37,262 nucleotides of DNA from Phoronis australis. Its lineage: Eukaryota; Animalia; Phoronida. Within the stretch, counting starts at the first letter, position 1. Each line of letters starts with the position of its first letter. The notes below the pieces were generated by a model. The model searched no databases and had not been told where the DNA came from. It saw only the letters and a list, made by a program, of their open reading frames with translations. Positions 12,301-23,956 of the stretch are shown here, piece by piece. The stretch lies in NCBI GenBank assembly GCA_002633005.1, contig NMRA01000434.1, positions 349,086 to 386,347 on the forward strand. The letters run 5' to 3'. Both the position numbers and the translations under genes were made by a program.

Positions 12301-13184
12301 TTTCAAGCCAAATAGGTGACCTGGTCATGAATAGATGAGTTCACGAAATTATTTAGCATAACCTGCTATCATGTGAGGACACAAAGGGTAGTACAGTAAG
12401 CCTTTACTTATGTAGCACACAATATGGACGAGAAATGAAGTTTCATTTTGCCAAATTTCTCCACAAAATAAAGATGAAGAAAACTTAGGCTATTATTAGC
12501 ACAGTTTATACTGTGTAGATGGTTTAAAACAATATTTAGTAAGGTTTCCATTACTTGTAGCAAAGTAATCAACTTTTGAAAATGGAAAATGATAATTTTG
12601 TGACAATTATTTTTGTTCAAAATAAGTGCAGAATTAACATAGTGACTTGTATTTCTATGAAATGGACCAGTTTAATAGTGTAGTTTTGTTAGCCAAGTCT
12701 GACTAAGAGACAAAACTGACAACAGACAGAATGTCCAACAATGCACCTTAATGAGGATTAGGTTATGTGGGACCTTAAAGATAACTGTGTGCATTTAGCC
12801 AAATACCTGCAAAATTATATAATTAACTGTGTAAAATAATATATTCATGGAATGTATAGCCTGTGGAATTCGATTGATTGGGTTGCATTGTCATGTCTTT
12901 GTATTAAAATTCGGCATCAGTATTAATCAATATTAATAACATGACTAAATTTCATTTTACATATTATATTAATGTTCATGATGAAATCTCAAAAATGCTG
13001 TTGCAGTTTTAAGTTACGCTTTTGTTTTCATTTCATACAACTTATGAGAAGTATCAATTTTGATAATCAAGGCAGAACACTTGGAAAACATTTCCAAACA
13101 CCATTTTGGAAAACAGTGCGTAAAGTACACAATTTGAAAATTTCGTATGGATCCCAAAGAATTTCAGGCTATCAGTATAACCAG

Positions 13185-13725
13185 AAGCGTGTTCAACAGA
13201 GTGAGCGCCCGCTAGTGTGTACTCGCGAACACAAGGAACAGCTCCTGAACAGCTGTGAGCGCTCATTGTGCGATCCAGTATGGCGACTCTGAAGCAAATT
13301 GTGTTGAACGTCTTAGCTAATGAGCTTAGCACTAACAGTCCTTCCTATGGCGTACTGCGCGATAAATATGATTAATCTTTGCCAATAATTATTATTATCG
13401 GCAGCCCAAGACTACAACTGTGAAGGCTTTGGAACGACAAGAATCGAAAATTACGTCGAGGAAACTGTTCCTCGCTACAGAGACCCTCTATTTAAGTCGC
13501 AGTTTCGGATGAGTCGTCAACTTTTGAGGTTAGTTTTCGTGTTGCAGAACCATAATGGGTTCATATGTTGCAGACGTGAAGCCTTCGCAGGACGCCATCT
13601 TGGAAATCTAAGCAAACATGCTCTCGAGGTTGTTCGCGAGCGCTCGCGAGCGCTAACGTGAACACAGCTGTTCAGGACGAGGGCACTCAAATCGCTCGCG
13701 GGCCCTCACTCTATTGAATACGCTT
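13185..13725 (+). mobile_element. Internally deleted PIF/Harbinger DNA transposon with a transposase remnant
   Basis: TIRs aagcgtgttcaacagagtgagcgcccgc / gcgggccctcactctattgaatacgctt, flanked by CAG and CTG (CWG-type 3-bp TSD). 13440-13520 translates RIENYVEETVPRYRDPLFKSQFRMSRQ, resembling the N-terminal F..HFRMSR..F motif of Harbinger/HARBI1 transposases. Confidence 0.85.
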
Positions 13726-15190
13726 CTGGTGTTATGTTTAACTTGTTATACCCTTGTGCATTTCAGCTGGTCTGTCAATATCAAAAACTGTATCCAAACA
13801 ACTAGTGCAAATTGCCTCAGGTGCAACTTGCGTGCGACACAAAATTTAAATTGGTGCAACTCGACAAGGTCCCACAACTTGCTCCACCTCTTGGAGGTGG
13901 TGCATATTGCGCCCAGTCAACTTGCCCCACTTCTTGTGTCCATGTGGAATGAAAACTGGGGCAAGAAAGAAGTAATAATTAGCTACGTACTTGTACAATG
14001 GAGTTTATCCAATTGATGAATCATTGCTTTTTACGCTAATTACTAAGGGTAACCTCATGCTAAATTATTTTTTCTCTTTCGTTTTTGTAACTTACTTACA
14101 AATAAATTAAATAAAGTAACTGGAAACTTGAAGTTGTGGGGTCAGTATTACTAAACATACTAGAATCACTTGCAGTAATAAACAGATACAAATTATTTTT
14201 TTCCTCCAAGTTCTAAGATAATGGTTGAATGACTTTAGCGAAATCAACATTTCAATGACTCCTTGAAAATTGAAACTACTGAGAAACTGGAATTTCATTT
14301 GTCAACCATTTATTGTATGCTAAATAAGTGAAGACTTATGGCAGTGTTGTAGAGTGGTACTTGTTCTTATTCTCTTGCTGTAATAGATAAGTAGTGACAG
14401 GCTGTTTAATAGTATTCTAAATAATGTGTTTCTGTAAATTTGCACAAGGTTTAGGGCTTCAAGAAGAATCCTGCATCTGCTCTGCCTGCCTGTCAACTGC
14501 GCCATTTACTATTTTAAAGTATATAACAGTTGGTAAACAAATACAGTATGCACCCAGTTGGTCATAACCTGAAAGTGCAATGTACTTGAGATGACTGTAA
14601 ACAAATACGTTGACATGTTTTATCAAATGAACTATAAAAGGCTGTACATTGACTTTGCACAATTAGCACATACAGTTAAATGTAAACTTAATAACATGAA
14701 CTCTTTCCTTTCATTTTTTTATGTAGAATATTAAACGATTTTTCTCATTTTAATTAAAGATAGATTTTGTGTACTCTGAGTCATGTTGAAGGAACACTAT
14801 TCTGAGGTACATAAAATTCATGCTTTGTATCAAAAACAATTCTGATTTAGGCTAAGCAATTACAAAATGGACATCTTGTTTCTAACTGAGATTAGAAAAT
14901 CATTTCTTCACTTGAGAATAATTGAGTGTTTGTTATTTCTTCAGATCGAGCTCGTTAGACTCCTTGCTATCGTTGCAGATTGATTTCAGCGGCTGAAAAT
15001 GACTGTCAGGGAAATTCCAGGTGTTTCATTTCAAACAAAGGATGTGAATTAGCATTCTGATGTGATTTGTACAGGTTATGGAGTTATTAACCAGTATTTC
15101 AGAGTTATTAAGTCCAGTATTGACTGATACTATGGTAACGCCATTTCAGATTTTGTTTCACAATTCTTTCTTGAAGTTGCAATCATTTCA

Positions 15191-15265
15191 TCAAGATTTG
15201 AACCCAGTCTGCCATCTCACATTTCGTATGCGTCAGCTTTACCATTGCACCACCAGCACGTCACC
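15191..15265 (-). mobile_element. tRNA-derived SINE head (degenerate)
   Basis: Minus strand has an A-box-like TGGTGCAATGG (15252-15242) and a B-box-like GGTTCAAATC (15204-15195) ~37 nt apart. No complete cloverleaf. Confidence 0.4.
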
Positions 15266-16273
15266 GAACTTAACAGTCGTAGCCGTGGTATTTCATGTGG
15301 ATTCTGATGTCACGCTTGTTTTCAATAACTGTAAAATATAAACACTAGGTGAATGCAAACCTGCATCAAGGCATCACAGTTCCTACAGTCACGCTATTGT
15401 ACAAACGGTGTAATTTTAAAGGCTGAAATGTTCTCTGATTTTAAATCACTTCATTTTGTGGATTTTAGCATGTGCACTGAGCATGATGACTGGCATCTTG
15501 CAATCGCAATGTAACAAAATTGACCTTTGTCAATTGTTTTGCATTAAAAACGACTGTGTATGACTTCAAATCGTGATATCTATTCCTAGATTAAAGGATT
15601 GTTTCAATTTCATTCTGAGCATCTCCTGGAAGCTTTTCACAATCTCTCATCAACTTTTCATGTAAAAAACTGGTAGCTGACTGACCGAACGAGTGTTTGA
15701 CATACAATGGAAAGCCTAAACATGCGCTCCTTTCATAAATTAACAAGTGTATGTAATCATACAATAAAACATTTACTGACTTTCAAACTGGCCCATATGT
15801 TAGTTTTCAGACCCCAAAAATTCGATTATGACCGAGGCATAACCGAGGTCATTGTCACCTTTTTTGGGGTACAAAAACCAACAGATTGACTTTGATGAAA
15901 AGTAATTGTATTGGAAGAGCAAACACGATGATAAAGAAAGTTGTTTTAATACTAGACCATGGCTTACAGTGTCTTTAAAAAGATGTCTTGCATGAACCCT
16001 CAATAGATGTTTTCCCATATAATAGCAGCAACATGTGTTGTGTTGCTAGATAAGAGTATTTTGTGTTCAGCACTCTTACTGTTTACATGTAACTTTTTAA
16101 AGCAACAGAACTCCTCAATGCTTTTAATTCTTTGTTATCACCATTCTACCAAATTACCATTATTTGTTGTAGTAAGAGATGTTACAGTGATACTCATAAA
16201 ACTGGTCATCGTTATCTGTCCATTGGTAATAGAATTTGTGTTTGTTCTTCGTTAACTGCCAGATTTGACCACC

Positions 16274-16546
16274 CAGGGCTCTCGATCCCCTTCTGAAAAA
16301 TCATGTAAAGTTCCCCCTCATGAGGCCCAAAAATTCTCCGCAAGGGATTGAAGAATTTACCTTGAGGTTCGAATCACTTGTAACTCACACAGATGACAAT
16401 TTGAATGAGCTCCAACAGCTAGTTTTGGCTATTTGAGTCAAACAGGGGTGGGGTGCTATTAATGAAATTCTCCCCTCACCCCAAAATATTCCTCTCTCAG
16501 AAGGCACAGGCACCTCTCCCCTTAAGTACTGTAATCAAGGGTCCTG
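16274..16546. mobile_element. Degenerate MITE with CAGG-type termini; a related fragment lies at ~10914-10965
   Basis: cagggctctcgat ... atcaagggtcctg are imperfect inverted ends. The reverse complement of the right end resembles cagggccctcac...ggtgccttct at 10914. Confidence 0.45.
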
Positions 16547-16697
16547 CCATCAGAATTTGAAGCGATGTTGCTTTTGTGCTCGTCAAAACAGTTGCACTAA
16601 AGAATTGTATGTTGAACCTTTCTTATAGTTTTGTTTTTCATTTTGTGAGGTGTTGTTTTTGGTATAAACGTGCCCTGTGACAAATAGTATCTGTTGA

Positions 16698-16808
<111 letters not shown>

Positions 16809-17846
16809 TAGCAGATATTAACTATTGTACAGAAAAATATTGCCAAAGTACGTACAACTTGCATTCCTATCTTACAAAGGCTGACTAGATACTAGATTTC
16901 TGTCATTTTTTTGGTGACCGTTGCGCAGTGTAAATAATAGCAAAAAGGGTTATTTTTGTTATTTGGAGCTTTACGCATGGCCACCATATTATGTTCTTAT
17001 TTCGCTGAAGAATTGCCAAACTAACTTTATCTAGAAACCAATTTTGTGAACAATAGAAGCATGCTCATGTGAGGAATGTTTGATGGTGTAGCTATAAGCT
17101 TGTTTATCAGGTGTACATCGACCCTTTGATAAAGCACTAAAAGGATTTTGCTTAACCACATGACTGCAGATTGAATAGTATAGATTGTGTGTGTCAAACA
17201 CATAAATGTAGACAGTTCTTTGTGATTCTATCAAATTCACTGGTTGGCATGTGCATATTTGTAAAGGGTCTAGAGCAGATAGAATAGTACCAGATTCTCA
17301 TTTTTGAATGGTTATGTGGTGAGAGGTATAAAACAAACAAAAGGACATCTGTATGGCATATTTTTTCATCTTTTGCCTCTACTTCATACCTGTCATACTA
17401 TCCATCACCAGTTGCGGCCAGGTTTGGAGTAGTGTGTTAATTTTAAAATGATTCTAAATATGATTTTTGCAGATTTTAAGTACCTCTTGATCACTTCAGT
17501 CGTCATTGATCCTCATAAGTTTGGAGCAGGTTTGAAAAACTCCTTACTAAGTCTGCTAAATCGGCACACGTGACTTATAATGCTTTGAGCAAGTTACTTG
17601 TACACCCCAGCTGCTATGGGAAAGACTCCTCACCTTTAACCACAAAATCCATTTTGTGACATAATGTGCTTAGTTTTATAATGGCTTTACAGCTCAGGGT
17701 ATGTCCTGTACTTAGGGTGTAGCAGGTGAAACTACTTGAGGTTTAGTAGCCTTGCCATGTGAAGATTTGTAGTTCCTAACTTGTCTTAAGCTTGTAGACT
17801 GATATTTCTGTGATTAATTCATTAATGTGCATTTCTTTTATTCCAG

Positions 17847-17987
17847 GGTTCTGGTTGATATGGTTTATTGTAGCTGCGTTGTGCGTCTGTTGTTTTTATC
17901 AGCAAAAGCGTTTTCGTAGTCGTCAACAACGTCAACAAAACAGGAATCGTCAGGATGCGTCGATCACTCCTCCAGTGCTAGAGCCAG
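17847..17987 (+). CDS. WBP1L: WBP1/WBP1L-family protein, exon 3 (TM helix, Cys cluster, basic/Gln stretch)
   Basis: ttccag| (W)FWLIWFIVAALCVCCFYQQKRFRSRQQRQQNRNRQDASITPPVLEP G|GTGTGT. Phase 1 matches exon 2 and completes the WWFWL motif. Confidence 0.93.
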
Positions 17988-18052
17988 GTGTGTGTGTGTG
18001 TGTGTGTGTGTGCGTGTGTGCGTGCGTGCGTGTGCATGTGTGTACATGTGTG
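17988..18052 (+). repeat. (GT)n/(GCGT)n microsatellite starting at the exon 3 splice donor
   Basis: gtgtgtgtgtgtgtgtgtgtgtgtgcgtgtgtgcgtgcgtgcgtgtgcatgtgtgtacatgtgtg, read directly. Confidence 0.95.
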
Positions 18053-18645
18053 ATGGACTTTGTATAGATCTAATTCATTGATAGGAGGGTAACTTTCTGT
18101 ATTGACAACTCATTGGGGTGTTGAACATTGTGCATGCTCATAGTGACAGTTCTCCTGATGCAAAAAATCGTCTGATACAAAAAATGATCAACAGCTCCAA
18201 GTGACATTGTCGGTCATGTAATTGATTTATTTTCTTTTTGATGGCCATTTTGGTTTTGTAAACACGGGGTTTGGTGGTCACTGGTCACACGAAATCACTA
18301 CCCTGAAGCTATATCTAAAGCACTAAATTTTCCCCTCATTTCCTCATGAAGGCACCCTTTTATCACTAATCATTGTTTTATTCTGGTCTCGATGAGGAAG
18401 ATAATTTTAGACCCCCTGGATGCTGATATGAAAACAGGCTATCAGTGACAACATTCAGCCAGTTCTTTATTGGCATAAAAATACATTTGAGGTTGTGCAT
18501 TAAAACTCACTTGAGTATAACACAATGTATTGTTATTCCTGTATGGATTGATACCAAGGCCATTGTCAGGTTATATGGACCTTCAGCATCTGACAATATT
18601 GCTCTCCCAAAGTAAGGTGACATGCCTGAGGGATAGCTCTATATT

Positions 18646-18909
18646 TGTTTTATTATTGACATGACCACTGATCTTCCTTTCCTCAGATTTCTTTGTCTGT
18701 TAGATCAGCAAGTCTTTTTTTGCTTTCAAGTGTCATCTGCTCACTAACTTTGTTTACTTTGTCAAGGATCTGTTTACAGGTAGAGACATCTGTTGTCTGA
18801 GTAGCTTGAAAAGTGATACTCCACAGCCACCCAAGCAACAATACTTCATAACCGAAGTGTTTTACACAATTAGAAGACAGAAATATCAGTGGTCATATAA
18901 TAATAAACA
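18646..18909. repeat. Inverted repeat pair (MITE-like) in WBP1L intron 3
   Basis: tgttttattattgacatgaccactgat (18646-18672) versus atcagtggtcatataataataaaca (18885-18909). Confidence 0.55.
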
Positions 18910-19417
18910 GTATCTACATATCTACTGATAATTGTTCACCAAAAAATTTATTAATAATAATTTTAGATTGGTTTTAGAGACCCTGGTTTACCACTATAAC
19001 AAAAAATGGCAGCAATTCATGAATTTGTATTTTTTATGAAATTCACATCTTTCAATAATACATACTAAAATTCAAATATTTTTGGTTTTCATCTCCAAAA
19101 ATTTTAAAAAAGTATTTCAAATCCATTATCCAAGATTGATAACGATCAACTGTCGCTTTGCAGCGGACGTTGTCAAGCTTTTTTCTGGTTTCTGTTAGTT
19201 GAGAAAACGGCATGCAATAATTTATTGGTAATAGTGAGTCCTAAGAGCAGTGGAAAGAGTCTGGCAATTCCCAATGGCTTGTTTTCTACTACTTTGCTAA
19301 TTCTTGACACTTTTGACTGACCTTTGTTATAGTTCTGGGACCTGTTTCATAAAATGTGTCTCATGGACAGTCTGAATACTGGGCAGCTCTCTCCTCATCA
19401 TTACCTCTTACTTTTAG

Positions 19418-19583
19418 GTAAGTTCTTCAAACTGCCCTCATACGATGAAGCCAGTCTTCAGCCCAATGACCCACCTACTTACAACGTCATCTATTTAACC
19501 AGTCTACAGCAAACACAAGTGGGCTGCAGCAGCAGTAATGGTACTAACAGTAGTCAACAGTCAAGTGGGAATGTGGATGAAAG
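19418..19583 (+). CDS. WBP1L: WBP1/WBP1L-family protein, exon 4 (LPSY and PPTY motifs)
   Basis: cttacttttag| (G)KFFKLPSYDEASLQPNDPPTYNVIYLTSLQQ...GNVDE AG|GTAAGC. FKLPSYDE resembles the family's FK(L/P)PxYE(E/D) motif. Phases 1 and 2 fit the flanking exons. Confidence 0.85.
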
Positions 19584-20566
19584 GTAAGCCAATCTATGAC
19601 CTGGACACGGGATTTCATCTCTATTTATAAACCATTGACTTTAATTCACATTGCCTTAAAGTTTGTGAAAACTCGAAATGAGTGTACACTCTTTCAAGTT
19701 GTAGATGATTAGGAATTGCATTTGTCTCCATTGAAACTTAGCAGTATTTTTACTCAAATGTCCTTCAACTTAGTAGTGCCTTTGGGCTTTTTAGGCAAGT
19801 TTTAAGTCCGTGGAAGCTGGTGGGTAAATACCATGGTCTTACGTATTGAAATGTTTATGGTCTGGTGAGATTGATCAAAACGTGTGGTCAGAAGGAGATG
19901 ACTAATATGAACACATCACTGCATTAGAGATACATGATTGACTGTTTAGTCTATATTTCTATGGTCACCAGTAAGAGATTGACAATTTTAAGTGCTGTTA
20001 TATGGAATGTGTGACCATTATAGTGGTTGAACTTATCATTTTAAGAATGGATTGTCACCTCCTGGATTTGAACCCATGATGTAGTGGGTTGCACAAAACA
20101 TTATACTTTTTCTCTTTCTCTTTCTCTTTATTTATTGCGTTACTGTATAATTTCTAGTGCAGTCTAAAAGATCATGGGTCCAAATGATGAGTGTGATAAT
20201 CGATTGCCAAAAATAATAACAGTTGACCATAACTATGAGTGTACCACTCAACAGCATTCATTACTTACCAGATGATGTTGACTAGAAAAATCCCTGTCAG
20301 AAGCATGAAACATCCATTAACAACACTGCAACGTAAATAGTCCAGGCAGTGAATTACATAACTTTCTAACAGATTTTCATGCAAGAAGGGATTTCAGGAT
20401 GTTACATCAATGTTTGTTCCGTGAAAAGGGACCCAAACCTTAGGCAGAAATTTGATCTTATGCTACAAACAAACTATTGCTGAGAAATTATTTAATCTCA
20501 CTTGAACAAAAGTTCAGTCTCTGAGAATATATGAAGTTCTTGTTACTGAGATCTGAGAATGTATAC

Positions 20567-21972
20567 ACGAGAGCGCTCGGAGGAGCGACACTTGGCGGAA
20601 TTAATCGAAAAGACGACGATGAGGGAGACGACGACAATCATGACGATCAAGGCGGCAATTATGAATAACACGATAACATTCATGTGACTAGCGAAGAAAT
20701 CAAATAGAGAGCATATAATCAACTGCAATAAAGAACAATAGATGGCGCAACATGACGGTCCAGTCTACAGTAGGACAGTGCTGGCTGGGTCAGTCTAGGT
20801 CAACTAGGCATAACCAAAACAAAGTGAACTGAAAGCCAGCCAGCTGCGTGCTTGCATAGGTGACCGAAGGAACAACGGTATCCGAAAATCTCGAATAATT
20901 CAAAAAGTAGATGTCGTAGCGCTAAATGGAAAATATCTTCTGAAAGCCCGTTCAAAACTCTATCTAAAGTGGTAGTTTGGCAAACACGATAACATTCATG
21001 TGACTAGCAAAGAAATCAAATAGAAAGCATACAGTCAACTACAATAAAGAACAATAGATGGCGCAACATGACAGTCCAGTCTACAGTAGGACAGTGCTGG
21101 CTGGGTCAGTCTGGGTCAACTAGGCATAACCAAAACAAAGTGAACTGAAAGCCAGCCAGCTGCGTGCTTTCATAGGTGACCGAAGGAATAACGGTATCCG
21201 AAAATCTCGAATAATTCAAAAAGTAGACGTCGTAGCGCAAAATGGAAAATATCTTCTGAAAGCCCGTTCGAAAACTCTATCTAAAGTGGTAGTTTGGCAA
21301 AAATCAAAAAAAATTCTCGAGAAAATTGAAAATTTGCCGGTTTTTTTTTTGAAATTCAAAGTCAAATAACTCGAAAACGGTAAGTCTGAGAAATACGCTC
21401 TCGCAGACTTTTTGAAAGGCCATACTTCAAGGAATCCACATGCAAAAATTCACGTCATTTGCTTTTCCCGTTAAAAATGCGACACCAGAGCGATTGAAAC
21501 GGTGTGAACATGCGCCACAGTTCCGGTTCAATAATTTTTTATAAAAGCTTATTAGACTCAACAAACACGTGACCAGTTTGAAAGTGATTGGTTTGCAAAT
21601 GTGCCCTCTACAGGAGAAAACGTTTTTAGCCATATTTCAGGGTGCGCATGCACCACGTCCAATATTTCCGCCATCTTTGACCGGAAGTCAACGATTTTCT
21701 GCACAGTTGTAGCACATACGTTCTAGTATTTTCGTACTGATTTTCAGCCATGTAGGTCGAAAAATACGACCTCTACGAGTATTCGACTGTGAAATCAGAT
21801 ACAAAATGGCCACCACGTCCACCATTTTGTATCCGATCATGACCAAAAACAATATCGTTCCAGTACTTCCCGATCTACATGTTGTGTGCAAATTTCGTGA
21901 AAATCGGACGAAAATTGCGACCTGTAGAGAGCGAACAAACAAAAAAAAAAAACTTGCTGTCAGACCAACATA
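20567..21972 (-). mobile_element. Non-autonomous Helentron/DINE-1-like element, copy 2 (lacks the terminal long hairpin)
   Basis: Collinear and near-identical to 7825-9285. Two full ~317-bp tandem units (about 20669-20985 and 20986-21300). Similarity stops after gctgtcagaccaacata. Confidence 0.85.
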
Positions 21973-22026
21973 AGTTGTAGGTACTGAGATAATTTTTATG
22001 GTCATGAGTCACTTTTACAGGAGAGA

Positions 22027-22096
22027 CAGTTATCACCGTGTCAGTTGTCACCGTGTCAGTTGTCACCGTGTCAGTTGTCACCGTGTCAGTTGTCAC
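22027..22096. repeat. 15-bp minisatellite (cagttgtcaccgtgt) x ~4.7
   Basis: Read directly; it explains the TTDTV and VVTVS repeat ORFs in the track. Confidence 0.95.
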
Positions 22097-22545
22097 GGCG
22101 TTGCTCCATTTTAGTCGCATTTACACGACATTAGATTGCAAACTGGATCAGCATGAGTCACTTACACGTAGACTGTTTGTGCATGCTGGCATAAACAATT
22201 ATAGCAAGTGTCCAATCCACGTGGAATGCCAGCGGATCACCGGCATGTACGCTATTGCACCAGCGCATTGACAGATGATTCCTTTCCACCCTGCCTCAGT
22301 TGTATTTAGATGTGGAAGTGATTGTGTGCAATTGACTCTACCTCTCACACTGGTGTCAAAAATGGCTGCTACGGTGTCAACTTGTTCCATGCCAGTCGTG
22401 TTTACACAACCGTTTGCACCAGATCAGCTGTTCTGTGTTAGTTGTTCGTGACAGCTGTTTGTAGTGCAAATTTAATTACTTTGCTAAATCTTTATTCAAC
22501 AATCTTTATGCTCCAATTAGCCATGTAATCTACTTGCTGTTTCAG

Positions 22546-22732
22546 TGTTAGTGCTAGTTTACTACAGAACGAGGTCACCCCAGGTCAACAGGATCTGCCA
22601 CCACCACTATATGATCGAGTATTTAGTAGTACAGACTCGGTGGCCAGCACACCCCCACCATACACAGAGACACAACCGTTGGATGACAGCAGGGGTTCAG
22701 TTCGACGCAGCGGCAGGGACAGTGTTGTATGA
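22546..22732 (+). CDS. WBP1L: WBP1/WBP1L-family protein, exon 5 (last coding exon; PPLY and PPPY motifs)
   Basis: ctgtttcag| (S)VSASLLQNEVTPGQQDLPPPLYDRVFSSTDSVASTPPPYTETQPLDDSRGSVRRSGRDSVV*. Phase 2 matches exon 4. Total CDS 651 nt, 216 aa. Confidence 0.88.
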
Positions 22733-23550
22733 CTCGCGTAATAATCACGTCGCAATGAAGACATGACAGTTACAGCATTCCCAGAATTGGTCATATTGAT
22801 GTGTCTTCATTAGCTGCAGTACTGGTATCAGCTGATTCATGACATGGTCTGCAAATTTCCTGTTTATGACAAGGAGACTGGTGCTGGAATAAATGATCTC
22901 AAGTATAACCGTAGAGTCAGAAGGATGTTGTGAAATCACTTGCTTACAAAGATTCCGCAGTAGACTAATCAGTCCAATAATATTTTGCTTGTTCATCTTT
23001 TAGTGGTCCAGCTAATTGAGAGTTAGTGTGAATGAATGGGATTTGTAGCACATATACAGTACTAGAATGGCTGTACAGTATGTCACAGAAATGTACCTGA
23101 AGACATGTTTCAGCACTTTGAGTAGCTCTTGTTCTACTGTAATGGGCAATACTGATCAAAACACCTTGACAACGGTAACTCAGGATTTTAGTTGAAAGTA
23201 ATTAAATGCGTTCGTTAAGTTGCAATTACTGTGTGTAGTCAGTTATTTCCCAATTGATAGTTCTTTAGTTATGGTCAGTGATGGGTGAATGATCCTCTAA
23301 TGACTACATATAAATCGGCGCCAATTGTCATGTAACCTAGATCTCTATGTGTGGAAATTCTTTGTCATGCAGGTGCAATGCAGCCATAGTTGTTGTTATG
23401 CAAATTTTAGCCTCTCATCTTTATTTTATTGATATTAACTTGTAACATATTGTTCTCTGTCAGCAGTCTTATTACCATATAAGGAAATCTTGGTTCATCA
23501 TTTTGTACTAATGCCTACATCATAGAAGAGTGCTCAAAATTTAAAAGTTT

Positions 23551-23956
23551 CACTTATTATATAATTTGAGCACCAATTTTTACATTGCATCTCACCAACA
23601 TCTTTTTTATTCTGTGCCTTGCAAAAGTACTCAATTTTGCATTACCTTCAGATATTCTATAGAGAGCTAAAATGTAGTATCTTATTGAATTAAAGCTAAA
23701 ATATGTAGCTAAGATTGTTTAGTCATTTTCCACAATTATATGATATGATGAAGCCATTAGAGCTCAGTTTTTCATTGAGTATTAAACTTGATGTTGACTG
23801 CTAAAAAGTGCACAGAATTTTATAAGTTGCACTTATTACAAACATAGGCGGCAATTTTTATATTGCATCTTAACAATTTATTTTTATTTTTCAGTGCCTC
23901 ACAAATGTACTCAATTTTAGCTTGGTGTATTGTATTGAGAGCTAAAATGTAGCATC
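23551..23956. repeat. Diverged ~130-bp direct repeat with ~279-bp spacing in the putative 3' UTR
   Basis: cacttatta...caatttt...attgcatct...gtactcaatttt...gagagctaaaatgtag(t/c)atc at 23551-23681 and 23830-23956. Confidence 0.75.

Noticed and set aside
15191-15265. Possible tRNA gene
   Set aside because: A and B boxes are present but there is no acceptor stem or cloverleaf; treated as a SINE relic.
20158-20280. Possible extra WBP1L exon after a strong pyrimidine tract
   Set aside because: In phase 2 it stops after three codons (SAV*) and has no PY motif; 22546 fits far better. An alternative terminal exon cannot be excluded.
21875-22271. TTDTV / VVTVS repeat proteins
   Set aside because: Translation artefacts of a 15-bp minisatellite in intron 4.
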